A stretch of 64,000 bases of DNA from Nannocystales bacterium. GTDB lineage: Bacteria > Myxococcota_A > Polyangia > Nannocystales > Nannocystaceae. Where the stretch lies: assembly GCA_050633305.1 (NCBI GenBank), contig JBOEGF010000018.1:923547-987546 (forward strand). The letters run 5' to 3'. The translations under genes and the position numbers were made by a program. A model generated the notes under the pieces. It ran no database searches and was not told the DNA's origin. It saw only the letters and a list, made by a program, of their open reading frames with translations. Positions 10,147-19,428 of the stretch are shown piece after piece (positions within the stretch are counted from its first letter, which is position 1; the number at the start of each line of letters is the position of its first letter).

Positions 10147-11550
10147 CTACAGCTTCTTTGCGAGCGCTTCGAGTCTGGCGGTGGCTTCGCCCGTCGCGTC
10201 ACGCACGAGGTCCGATCGCAGCCATGCGCTCAGCTGTCCTGGCTCGATACGCCATTGTCCGCCGACCATGAGTCCGTGCAGTGCGCTCGACGTGTCGCAG
10301 TAGGCCAGGGCGCGCAGGAGATCGCGGCCAGGCCACACGGAGGGGTGGTCGGGGTCGAGGACTACGAAGTCGGCTTCTGCACCGGCTTCGATCACGCCGG
10401 CTGTGAAGGCGGGGTGGAGGCGGCCGGGCACGCTCCACACCGAAGCGAGGAGGGTTTTTGGCTCGGCGAGGACGCCGTGGGTGTCGAGGTCGGCGGTTCG
10501 TTTCGCGTCCACCGCCTGGGCCGCGGCAACCGACGGGTTGCGCCGAAACGCATCGAACGAGACGCCGCTGCTCGGCCCAAAACCACGGATCCCCGCTACG
10601 CTCACCAGCTCCCGCTGGACGTTCATCGAGTCGTTCGATACCGAACAGTCGGTCCCCACGATCCAGGGGATCCCCGCCGCATGCCAGCTGGGGACATGCG
10701 CAGGAAAACAGAATTGCTGCTGGGACAGGGGGCAGTACCCGAGTGCGTGCCGGGAGGGGTCCAATCGCTGCAGATCGCGTTCGCTGACGTAGATCGCGTG
10801 GACAGCGAGCAGCGCGGGGACGTCGGCCAGGACGCCCATCGACTCAAGCCACGCCAGCGGCGAGAGCCCATGCCGCTCGTCGATGCGTGCGTACTCCTCG
10901 ATCGACTGGGCGACATGCGCGTGGACCGGAAGCCCATGCGTTTGCGCGAGCGAGACGACCTCGCGCCACAGGGACGCGCTCACGGTGTCGGTCGCGTGGG
11001 GGCCCAGGGCGGCGTGAATCCCCCGCGTGCTCCAGGATTCTGCGGCGAGAGCTTCGGTCGCCTGAAGTTGCGGCTCCCGTTGCTCGACGCCCGGCCCATC
11101 GAGATCCTGAAGCGTTGGGGCGATGACCCCGCGAAGGCCGACGTCGTGCATCCCCGCGGCGACGGACTCTGCGAAGTAGTAGTGGTCCCACACCCGGGCC
11201 ACGCCGTGGCGCAGACTCTCCAGCGCGCCCAGCCGGGTGAACGCGCGCACGTCTTCGGGGCAGAGCGACGTCTCGAGTTTGTAGAAGAGGTCTTCGACGA
11301 CGTTGCCACGCAATGCGTCGTTGCCGATGAGCCCCCGAAATCCCCCCATCGACAGGTGGGTGTGGGCGTTGATGAAGGCGGGGGCGACCAGGAGGCCGCC
11401 GAGGTTGTCGTCGACGGGGCTCGAGGCCTCGCCCTCGGTGACCGCGGTGATCTTCCCCGCCTCGACGGAAATCGTCGCCGGTCGCACGCGAAGCGTCTCG
11501 GCCTCACCCAGGACGACGTTGCGCGCGTGAAGGGTCCGAACCGTCACCAT
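10147..11550 (-). CDS. Amidohydrolase family protein (MTA/SAH deaminase-like)
   Basis: PAFINAHTH, GPHATDT, HAHVAQ, AVHA, GTD metal-binding motifs, G.IEAGAEAD C-terminus. Confidence 0.88.
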   Translation of the reverse strand: MVTVRTLHARNVVLGEAETLRVRPATISVEAGKITAVTEGEASSPVDDNLGGLLVAPAFINAHTHLSMGGFRGLIGNDALRGNVVEDLFYKLETSLCPEDVRAFTRLGALESLRHGVARVWDHYYFAESVAAGMHDVGLRGVIAPTLQDLDGPGVEQREPQLQATEALAAESWSTRGIHAALGPHATDTVSASLWREVVSLAQTHGLPVHAHVAQSIEEYARIDERHGLSPLAWLESMGVLADVPALLAVHAIYVSERDLQRLDPSRHALGYCPLSQQQFCFPAHVPSWHAAGIPWIVGTDCSVSNDSMNVQRELVSVAGIRGFGPSSGVSFDAFRRNPSVAAAQAVDAKRTADLDTHGVLAEPKTLLASVWSVPGRLHPAFTAGVIEAGAEADFVVLDPDHPSVWPGRDLLRALAYCDTSSALHGLMVGGQWRIEPGQLSAWLRSDLVRDATGEATARLEALAKKL

Positions 11551-11636
11551 GGTCACCGTAGCAGTTCGTGGACGTCCGAACGGGAAGCCCGCCGTTGGTC
11601 GCATCGCTCGGATCTCAGGCGTGCTACACCGGGTCG

Positions 11637-12746
11637 ATGACGCGGCGCGCTGCAGCCCTGTGCGCATTCCTGGCGATGCTCGGGTGCAACCAGTCCTCGG
11701 GCGTGAAGGTCCAGATCGGCGAGTCCGCGACGAAGACGCCCGAGCCTTCCGGTCCCGTGGCGATCATCGTCTCCGTCCCCGCAAAGCGCGCGCTCGCCGA
11801 CGCCAACGCGTGGCTGGTGGATGACGGCGTTACGCCATTGGGCACTGCGGTCCGCAAGCCCGGGCTCGCCATGGTGGTCCACTTCGTCGATGACAGCCGC
11901 CCCATCCTCTACAACCGGCTCCACCGGCTGACGTATCACGGGCACACCGCCAAGTTCGGCGAGGCGTTCCCCGTCGAAGCCGAAGACCTCATCGAGTTTG
12001 GCGTGGAGCCTCCCGCCGACTCCGTGTGGGTTTTCGGCCCCCTGGGTCCGTGCAGCGCGACCGTGGGTCAGCCTTGGATCGGCCGCCCATCCACCGATGT
12101 CCGGGTGTTCGAAGTCAGCTATGCGCTCGAGGGGTGTGGGACCGAAGGACGCTGGGCTCCAGTCGCCTCGGCGGCGGTCGCGATGCCGGTTGGGGTCAGG
12201 TGGGTGGAGGCCGAGGCTTCGGCGGACGCCACGCTCGAGCGTGCGGCCGCGTGGGAGCATCCCCTGGGTGCATTCGCGACGCCGCCCGAGTCCGAGGCTC
12301 CGACCTCGGTTGTCGCCCACGCTCGATGGGTGGATGCGTCTCCTCGTCCGGCCCAGGCGCTGCTCACCGCGGTCGAGTCCTCGTCGGAGGGACGATGCGG
12401 CCTGGAATCACATCGCGCAACGCTGGGGTGGTGGCGCGAGGATGGCTTCGAGCCGCTCGACGTCGACTGGCTCGACCCCGCAGATCCACCGCTGCTCGTG
12501 GGCGCACTGAGCTGGGGCGGCGAGACTTCTGCGCTCGTCTTCGACGACGGACTCGATGGTTTGCTCGCTGTCGTCCCCGCCGAGTACCCCGTCATGGGCG
12601 GCGATGACGGCGATAGTGACGACGATGGCGAGGGGGAGGGCGAGGTCGAGGGTCCTTCGACCTGGACCGTGCGTCCTCTTGTCGCGGGTCGTTGGAGCTC
12701 CCTCGACCGTCAGGGCGCAGCACTCCGGGTTCAGCCCGGGTGCTGA
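11637..12746 (+). CDS. Hypothetical lipoprotein
   Basis: Signal MTRRAAALCAFLAMLGC; acidic low-complexity stretch near the C-terminus. Confidence 0.7.
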   Translation: MTRRAAALCAFLAMLGCNQSSGVKVQIGESATKTPEPSGPVAIIVSVPAKRALADANAWLVDDGVTPLGTAVRKPGLAMVVHFVDDSRPILYNRLHRLTYHGHTAKFGEAFPVEAEDLIEFGVEPPADSVWVFGPLGPCSATVGQPWIGRPSTDVRVFEVSYALEGCGTEGRWAPVASAAVAMPVGVRWVEAEASADATLERAAAWEHPLGAFATPPESEAPTSVVAHARWVDASPRPAQALLTAVESSSEGRCGLESHRATLGWWREDGFEPLDVDWLDPADPPLLVGALSWGGETSALVFDDGLDGLLAVVPAEYPVMGGDDGDSDDDGEGEGEVEGPSTWTVRPLVAGRWSSLDRQGAALRVQPGC

Positions 12747-12753
12747 GCTGACC

Positions 12754-13653
12754 TCAGCCGCGCTCGGGATCGGAGAGCATCTCGGCCAACAGGTCGAAGA
12801 CAGTGCGCACACGCTTGGAGGTGTGGAGCTCGCGGTGCGACACGAGCCAGATCGGGAAACCCACGGACTCGACGCCAGGCAGCGCGCGTTCGATCCCGGG
12901 TTCGGCGTCTCCGACCAGGCTCGCTTGGACGCCGACGCCGAGCCCTTGTTTGACCATCTCCCACTGCACGAGGTGACTCCCGCATGCGTACCGGATGTTC
13001 TCGCAGCTGAGCTCGAGACCCAGCGTGGCCAGGCGCTCCAAGACCTCCGGGCCTCGGTCCCACGTGATGAGGTCGCAGGTCTTGAGGCGCTCCGGCGTCA
13101 TCGGGCGCCCGACACGGTCGAGGTAGCTCGATGCGGCGTACAGGTGCCCGTCTGCTTCGCCAACCTTCTTCGCGACCAAGTCCGGGTGCTCGGGTCGCAC
13201 GTTTCGAACCGCGATGTCCGCCTCTCGGCGCAGCAGATCGATCTGGTCGTCAGTCGCGACGACGTCGACGGAGATGCCCGGCGCCACCTCGCGCAGCCGA
13301 GCAAGGATGGGGGGTAGGAGGTATGCCGAGAACGACTGGCTCGCGCTGACCGAGACGATGCCCTCGATAGCTTGGGATTGGCCCGTCGCCGCCAACGAGA
13401 CCCGGCTCGCAGCTTCGCCCATCGCTCGAACGTGTTCGAGCAAGTCGCTGCCAGACTCGGTCAGCACGAGCCGACGTCCAACGCGTTCGAAAAGGGTCAC
13501 GTCCAACTCGCCCTCGAGCGCGTCGACCTGACGGCCGAGCGTGGGCTGCGACATCCCGAGTGCCTTCGCGGCGGCGGACAGGGAACCTTCTTCCGCGGTG
13601 ACGAGGAACGCCCGGGCTCGGTTCCAGTCGAAACGGACGGTGCGCCAATCCAT
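12754..13653 (-). CDS. LysR-family transcriptional regulator
   Basis: FDWNRARAFLVTAEEGSLSAAA..SQPTLGRQV HTH; DLLRREADIAVR. Confidence 0.93.
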   Translation of the reverse strand: MDWRTVRFDWNRARAFLVTAEEGSLSAAAKALGMSQPTLGRQVDALEGELDVTLFERVGRRLVLTESGSDLLEHVRAMGEAASRVSLAATGQSQAIEGIVSVSASQSFSAYLLPPILARLREVAPGISVDVVATDDQIDLLRREADIAVRNVRPEHPDLVAKKVGEADGHLYAASSYLDRVGRPMTPERLKTCDLITWDRGPEVLERLATLGLELSCENIRYACGSHLVQWEMVKQGLGVGVQASLVGDAEPGIERALPGVESVGFPIWLVSHRELHTSKRVRTVFDLLAEMLSDPERG

Positions 13654-13723
13654 GCATGAATGCATACCGCATCACCGGATCCGGAGGCTGTGCTTCGCGT
13701 CGCACGACCCTATGCTCGATGGC

Positions 13724-14725
13724 ATGCATGCCATCGTCGCTCAGCGGTACGGTCCTCCCGATGTCCTGGAGATCGTCGAACGCGAGGAGCCGGAGTGTTC
13801 GCAGGATGGCCTGCTGATCGAGGTGTGGGCCACATCGGTGACCGCGGCGGAATGGCGGATTCGAGCCGGGGACTTCGGGACTGGGTTTTCATGGCTTGGC
13901 CGCTTGATGTTCGGCCTCCGGCGGCCGCGGCAGCCCACGACGGGGCAGGAATTCGCCGGTCGTGTGCTCCAGGTTGGGCCCGCTGTGACGGGTTTTGCGG
14001 TGGGCGATGACGTGTTTGGCGTTCGCGCGGGTGCGAACGCCGAGCGCATCGCCATGCCCGCCTCGGGGGTCGTCACGCGGATGCCGTCCGGTCTGACGCA
14101 CGCCCAGGCGGTGTCACTCCCGTTCGGTGGTCTGTGCGCCATCGACTTCCTCGAGGACAAGGCACAGCTGCGGGCCGGGGAGCGTGTGTTGATCGTCGGA
14201 GCTTCCGGGGGGGTGGGTGCGTATCTCGTCCAGGTCGCCGCGTCCCTGGGTGCGCACGTGACCGCCGTATGCAGCGGACCCAACGCAGCGTTCGTCCGAG
14301 AGCTTGGCGCGAATTCGGTCGTCGACTATCGGGTGACAGATCCACAGACGCTCCCGGGCCCGTACGACGTGGTCGTCGACACCATCGGCAAGACATCTTT
14401 CCGGCGATTTCGCCCCATGCTCTCTCAGACCGGTCGTCACGTCTTCATCGAGGGGGGTGCGTGGGAACTCCTCCAATCGCTGCTCCCACGCTTCGGTCCA
14501 GGTCCCCGGGTCGTCGGCGGCGTGACCGAGGACTCCCGGGAAGGACTCGAGCGGCTCAGGGAGAGGGTCGAGGCGGGCAGGATTCGGCCGGTGTTGGGAC
14601 ATCGCTATTCGATGCACGACGTCGTCGAGGCCCACAGGTTGGTGGAGTCTCGACATCGCCGCGGCGCAGTCGTCCTCGACTTCGGGGTGTCCCGATCCGA
14701 GCCGGTGCCCGTCCCGACCCCGTGA
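13724..14725 (+). CDS. NAD(P)-dependent MDR-family (quinone oxidoreductase-like) dehydrogenase
   Basis: YGPPDVL, GQEFAG, GASGGVG motifs; divergent from lysR; ATGCA-TGAA-TGCAT dyad at 13652-13665. Confidence 0.9.
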   Translation: MHAIVAQRYGPPDVLEIVEREEPECSQDGLLIEVWATSVTAAEWRIRAGDFGTGFSWLGRLMFGLRRPRQPTTGQEFAGRVLQVGPAVTGFAVGDDVFGVRAGANAERIAMPASGVVTRMPSGLTHAQAVSLPFGGLCAIDFLEDKAQLRAGERVLIVGASGGVGAYLVQVAASLGAHVTAVCSGPNAAFVRELGANSVVDYRVTDPQTLPGPYDVVVDTIGKTSFRRFRPMLSQTGRHVFIEGGAWELLQSLLPRFGPGPRVVGGVTEDSREGLERLRERVEAGRIRPVLGHRYSMHDVVEAHRLVESRHRRGAVVLDFGVSRSEPVPVPTP

Positions 14726-14766
14726 CCGGCCTCTGAACACGCCGGTCTCGCTGGTACTCTTGCCCC

Positions 14767-15345
14767 ATGGCTGCTCGACTCGCCTCGTTTGTCGTTGCCA
14801 CCGCGCTCTGGGCGGGCGGCTGTGGTTTCTTCATGGAGCCCAAGCCGGACCTCGAGAACAAGAAGACCGCGGAGATCGGGAACTTCTCCGTCGAGTACCC
14901 CGGCAACTGGGAGACGGAGTTCGAGAGCGAAGACCTCGATGGCGTGAAATTCTCTTCTCTGACCATCGAGAGTGCTGGCAACGCGATCGCGGTGATCCAG
15001 GTCTTCGAGCCCGGTGTCGAGCTCGGCCCGGACGAGGTGTTCGAGATGTACGCCGAGGGGATGGTCGAAGCCTCGAAGACGGAGTTCGGCGGGGTCGTGG
15101 GGGTGTCCGTGCACAGCAAGAAAGACTTCACCCGCGGAGTCTTGGGGACCACCTGGGTCGGGCGCACCGGGACCGTAGATGTGAAGCTACTGGGCGAGAA
15201 GGTGCCCAATCGGATCCAGACCCTGCAGCACCACTCTGAGCAGCGCACCGTGGTCGTCGTGGTCCAAGCCCCCACCGAGGACTGGAAAACCGCCAACCAC
15301 GGCTTCGATGCGATCTACGACGGCTTGAAAGAGGCCGAGGGCTAA
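14767..15345 (+). CDS. Hypothetical lipoprotein
   Basis: Signal peptide ending AGGC; VEYPGNW motif reminiscent of PsbP/DcrB-like folds. Confidence 0.75.
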   Translation: MAARLASFVVATALWAGGCGFFMEPKPDLENKKTAEIGNFSVEYPGNWETEFESEDLDGVKFSSLTIESAGNAIAVIQVFEPGVELGPDEVFEMYAEGMVEASKTEFGGVVGVSVHSKKDFTRGVLGTTWVGRTGTVDVKLLGEKVPNRIQTLQHHSEQRTVVVVVQAPTEDWKTANHGFDAIYDGLKEAEG

Positions 15346-15408
15346 CCAACGCAAGAGGCCGTCGCGCGGAGAGTCTGCGGACGGCCCCAGAGTGAAGAAC
15401 GAGAGGTT

Positions 15409-15933
15409 CTACTCCGACTTCGCGACGACGAACTCCACGCGTCGGTTCTTTTCGTGGCACTCGTCCGAGTCGTCGCTGCAGGTCGGCTCTTCTTCGCCGG
15501 CGCCGCGCGCGTCGATGGTTTGCGACACACCGCGCTCACGCAGCGCGTTGACGACCGCGTTGGCGCGGCGCTCCGAGAGCTCCTTGTTGTGCGCGTCGTC
15601 GCCGGTGCTGTCGGTGTGGCCGATGACGTGCACGGTCGAGAGCTCCGTGTGGTTGGTCAGCGCGGTTGCGATGTGGTCGAGGATCTCGGTCGAGTCGTCG
15701 AGAATCTTGTCGCTGTCGCTGGCGAAGTGGATCTTCTTGTCGATGGTCAGGTGGTCGCCTTCGACGTGCACGTCGCTGGGGTCCTCGGCAACCGGGGCGG
15801 GCTCAGGCTCAGGCTCAGGCTCAGCCGCTGCGACGGGGGCGGGCTCAGGCTCAGCGGGAGCGGGCACGTCCTTCTTGCAGGCGACGACGGAAGCAAGGGC
15901 GGCGGTGAGAACGAGCAATCGGGAAGTCAGCAT
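15409..15933 (-). CDS. OmpA-family peptidoglycan-binding lipoprotein
   Basis: Lipobox VVAC, Pro-Glu linker, GHTDSTG..N..LSERRA..V, NRRVEF. Confidence 0.93.
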   Translation of the reverse strand: MLTSRLLVLTAALASVVACKKDVPAPAEPEPAPVAAAEPEPEPEPAPVAEDPSDVHVEGDHLTIDKKIHFASDSDKILDDSTEILDHIATALTNHTELSTVHVIGHTDSTGDDAHNKELSERRANAVVNALRERGVSQTIDARGAGEEEPTCSDDSDECHEKNRRVEFVVAKSE

Positions 15934-16292
15934 GAGGCACTCCTAGCGCGGTTCGGCCCCCTGCGGGTGGGGCGTCTTGCCCGCTTGACCGCGTTGAGGG
16001 GAATTCGGCCGATTCGTCCCGGGCCCGTGGGGCAGAACGCACCGGGCGGAGAGCGCGTGTGCGGGGCAGGAGGGGGCATTCGAGCGGGTGGCCCGCGGGA
16101 GTCGTCCGGCTCGACGGCCTGAGCGTGAAGATCTGCCCGTCGCGGGGGTCACGTGGAGAACGAACGCACGGGGCGAGCGCCGTCGACCGCCGATCTCCGC
16201 CTGGCGGACGACGCCTGTCATCACAGGGGGCGGCGACTCGGTGCGAGACCCTGCGTCCGGCCCAAGACTGCGCTCAGGACTGTGGATGAAGT

Positions 16293-16307
16293 TGCAACTG
16301 GATTGCA
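16293..16307. promoter_or_regulatory. Putative Zur/Fur-family operator upstream of tldD
   Basis: TGCAACTGGATTGCA dyad in an AT-rich patch, followed by TTATAA; the same motif recurs at 19317. Confidence 0.65.
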
Positions 16308-16384
16308 TTATAAGAAGTGAAACCGTTGGCGACGTTGCTGGGTCCCACGCCCGCACCGACTTCGCGCGGGCACGAGGTACTGCT

Positions 16385-17956
16385 GTGACCGATTTTCTCC
16401 TCCGACGCACCTTCCTTCAAAGCGCTGCCGCAGGAGGGGCCATCGTGACGGCCCCGGCTGTCCTTGCTGGCTGCTCCAAGAGCCCGACCGTGGGCGCGAG
16501 CTCGAGCCCGAGCCCGTTGGCCAAGAGTCCTGCCCCCGCGAACCCCTTCGAGGAGTGGTATGGCCTCGATGAGGCGGCCGTTCGGAAGGCGATGGCAACG
16601 CTGTCGTCTCGGGGCGCCGACCATGCGGACATCTACTTCCAACACACGCGCAACAACAGCGTGGTGTACCAGGACGGCATCATCGCGCGCGCCAGCACCA
16701 ACGTCATGCAAGGGGTCGGGATGCGTGTCGTGGTCGGGGGCAAGGTCGGCTACGCCTACACGGAAGAGCTCACGCCCGAGGCCCTCGAACGAACCGCAAA
16801 AAGTGCAGCTCTGTTCGCGACCGGGTCTCCGACTGCTCCGCCCGCATCGTTCGCGGCGGTCGGTCGACCGGACCGCTACCAACTGGTCGTGCCGTGGTCC
16901 GAAGTTGGGGTGGACCAGAAACTCCCCCTGATTCAGAAGGTCGCCAAGATGGCGCGAGCGTCTGACCCCGCCATCGACAAGGTGTCGGTCCGCTGGACCG
17001 ACGGCGATGAGCGCGTTCTCGTGGCCACGCTCGATGGGAAGTACGTCACCGATGTTCGTCCGATGACGCGCTTGAGCATCGACCTCACGGCAAAGAAGAA
17101 CGGGCAGACCCAGTCCGGCGGTTCGAACCTCGCGGCCCGTGATGGCATGGCGTTCTACACCGACGAACGGCTGAAGACGGTTGTCGAGGAGGCCCGGGAC
17201 CGGACCCTCATCCTCTTCGATGCGCGTCGACCCCAAGCTGGCGATATGCCGGTCGTGTTGGCGGCAGGGGCCAGCGGCATCTTGTTGCACGAGGCCATCG
17301 GTCACGGCATGGAAGCGGACTTCAACCGTAAGGACGTCTCGATTTACGCCGACATGCTCGGCAAGAAAATCGCCCCGGACTTCGTGACGATCGTCGATGA
17401 CGGAACATTGGACAACGAGCGCGGGTCCCTCAACGTCGACGACGAAGGGAACGAAGCCCAGCGCACGGTCCTGGTCGAGAACGGCGTGCTGGTCAGCTAC
17501 CTGCACGACCGAATCAGCGCCGAACACTACGGCGTTGCGCCGACGGGGTCGGGACGTCGCGAATCGTACAAACACGCGCCTCTGCCCCGCATGCGGGCGA
17601 CCTACATGGAGAACGGCCCGCACAGCCGCGACGAGATCGTCGCTTCGGTGAAGAATGGGATCATCGCCGAGACGTTCACCAACGGACAGGTCCAGATCGG
17701 CGCAGGCGACTTCACCTTCTACATCAAGAACGGCTGGCTGATCGAAGACGGCAAGGTGACCGCGCCCATCAAGGATACGAACATCATCGGCAACGGTCCT
17801 GAAGCGCTTCGCAAGGTCACGATGGCTGGCAATGATTCCAAACTCGATACGGGCGGGTGGACGTGCGGCAAAGATGGCCAAGGTGTTCCTGTCTCGCAGG
17901 GGCTGCCGACCGTGCTGGTCTCCGGGATGAACGTGGGAGGTGAGAATCGTGCCTAA
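16385..17956 (+). CDS. tldD: TldD metalloprotease with Tat lipoprotein signal
   Basis: HEAIGH metal motif, PRMRATY, WTCGKDGQ; N-terminal LRRTFLQ twin-arginine motif and LAGC lipobox (start GTG 16385). Confidence 0.9.
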   Translation: MTDFLLRRTFLQSAAAGGAIVTAPAVLAGCSKSPTVGASSSPSPLAKSPAPANPFEEWYGLDEAAVRKAMATLSSRGADHADIYFQHTRNNSVVYQDGIIARASTNVMQGVGMRVVVGGKVGYAYTEELTPEALERTAKSAALFATGSPTAPPASFAAVGRPDRYQLVVPWSEVGVDQKLPLIQKVAKMARASDPAIDKVSVRWTDGDERVLVATLDGKYVTDVRPMTRLSIDLTAKKNGQTQSGGSNLAARDGMAFYTDERLKTVVEEARDRTLILFDARRPQAGDMPVVLAAGASGILLHEAIGHGMEADFNRKDVSIYADMLGKKIAPDFVTIVDDGTLDNERGSLNVDDEGNEAQRTVLVENGVLVSYLHDRISAEHYGVAPTGSGRRESYKHAPLPRMRATYMENGPHSRDEIVASVKNGIIAETFTNGQVQIGAGDFTFYIKNGWLIEDGKVTAPIKDTNIIGNGPEALRKVTMAGNDSKLDTGGWTCGKDGQGVPVSQGLPTVLVSGMNVGGENRA

Positions 17957-19262
17957 TACACTCTTGGATGGTGCAGAACTGGCAGTCGCGTTGGCTCAAG
18001 AGGGCGGCGCCGATGGAGCGTTCGCCTCGATGAGCCGGTCTCGTCAAGTGTCCCTCGAGGTGCGCGACCAGGAACTCGAGAAGGTGCAAGAAAGCACCGA
18101 TACCTCGCTGCGGTTGCAGGTGTACGTCGACGGGCGGTACTCGGTCCACGGGACCAACGACCTCTCCCCTGACGCGCTGCAGGTGTTTGTGGACGAGGCC
18201 GTCGCGCTGACGCGTGCGCTCGAGGTGGACGCGTATCGCGAACTTCCAGATCCCGCTCGATACGCGCACACCCAGCCCGCGCTTGATCTGCGTGATCCCG
18301 CGGTGGAGTCGCAGAGCCTGGAGGCTCGCCTCGAGCGGGCGATGGCACTCAACGCCCGCCTTGCGGGCAAGGACAAGGTCATCTCCGCAACTGCGTCGGT
18401 GTTCGACGGATCCGGCGAGAGTGGGGCGGTGAGTTCGAACGGTTTCGCGGCGAGCTATCGCAGTACGTCGACGGGGATGCACGGCAACGTCACCCTGCGT
18501 GGTGAGGGCGACAAGCGCCCCGAGGATGGCTGGGGCATGTATGCACGCCACCTCGCCACACTTCAGTCACCCGCCTCGATCGGGGACGAAGCGATGCGCC
18601 GGGCGCGTCTGCGTTTGGGCAGTAAGAAGGGGCCGACGACGAAGACGACGATGGTCGTCAGCCGAGATGCCGCTGCCTCCCTCATCGTGAGACTGATCGG
18701 CCCCGCGAGCGGCGGTGCGGTCCAGCAGGGCCGCTCGATGTGGGCGGGGAAGCTCGGCCAGCAACTCGTCAGCGAGAAGCTCGACATCGTCAGCAATCCG
18801 CTCATCCCGGGCGCTGTCGGATCCCACCCGTTCGACGATGAGGGAGCCGCTGCGTTCGAGATGCCCATCATCAAGAACGGGGCGCTTCAGCACTACTTCC
18901 TCAACTCGTACTACGCACGCAAGCTCGACACGAAGCCCACCACCGGTCGTTGGGGCAACATCATCGTTCGGCCTGGCAAGCGCGACCTCGATGCGATCGT
19001 GTCGGACGTTGGCACCGGCGTCTACGTGACCTCGTGGTTGGGTGGCAACGCCGATTCGACAACGGGAGACTTTTCGTTCGGCCTCCGCGGACACCTGATC
19101 GAAGGTGGGCGCGTGGGCGCACCCGTGGGCGAGATGAACGTGACGGGCAACCTGTTGGCTCTGTTCACAGACTTGCAGGAGGTCGGGAGCGACCCGTACG
19201 AACACTCCACGCTTCGCGTTCCCACGCTCGTGTTTCGCGACGTTCAGTTCAGCGGAACCTGA
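17949..19262 (+). CDS. pmbA: TldE/PmbA partner subunit
   Basis: Overlaps the tldD stop; PFDDEG, TGDFSFG..G..IEGG motifs; no HExxxH and no signal peptide. Confidence 0.88.
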   Translation: MPNTLLDGAELAVALAQEGGADGAFASMSRSRQVSLEVRDQELEKVQESTDTSLRLQVYVDGRYSVHGTNDLSPDALQVFVDEAVALTRALEVDAYRELPDPARYAHTQPALDLRDPAVESQSLEARLERAMALNARLAGKDKVISATASVFDGSGESGAVSSNGFAASYRSTSTGMHGNVTLRGEGDKRPEDGWGMYARHLATLQSPASIGDEAMRRARLRLGSKKGPTTKTTMVVSRDAAASLIVRLIGPASGGAVQQGRSMWAGKLGQQLVSEKLDIVSNPLIPGAVGSHPFDDEGAAAFEMPIIKNGALQHYFLNSYYARKLDTKPTTGRWGNIIVRPGKRDLDAIVSDVGTGVYVTSWLGGNADSTTGDFSFGLRGHLIEGGRVGAPVGEMNVTGNLLALFTDLQEVGSDPYEHSTLRVPTLVFRDVQFSGT

Positions 19263-19316
19263 GGAACACCCCCAGGGAGCGGCAAGACGCCGCGATGCTC
19301 GCGGGTCTCCATGTCA

Positions 19317-19331
19317 TGCAACCGGCTTGCA
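19317..19331. promoter_or_regulatory. Second putative Zur/Fur-family operator upstream of the COG0523 gene
   Basis: CATGCAA-CCGGC-TTGCATG dyad with core TGCAACCGGCTTGCA. Confidence 0.65.
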
Positions 19332-19428
19332 TGTGAAGCCCGGGCGCGTATGCTCGCCGCCGCGGAATCGACCAGGCAGGAACCTCCTGCTTCCGCGGCG
19401 GCGTTTCGCCGTTGAGGAGGATGTATCC

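Noticed and set aside
15797..15856. GGCTCA tandem repeats
   Set aside because: Encode the Pro-Glu linker of the OmpA lipoprotein.
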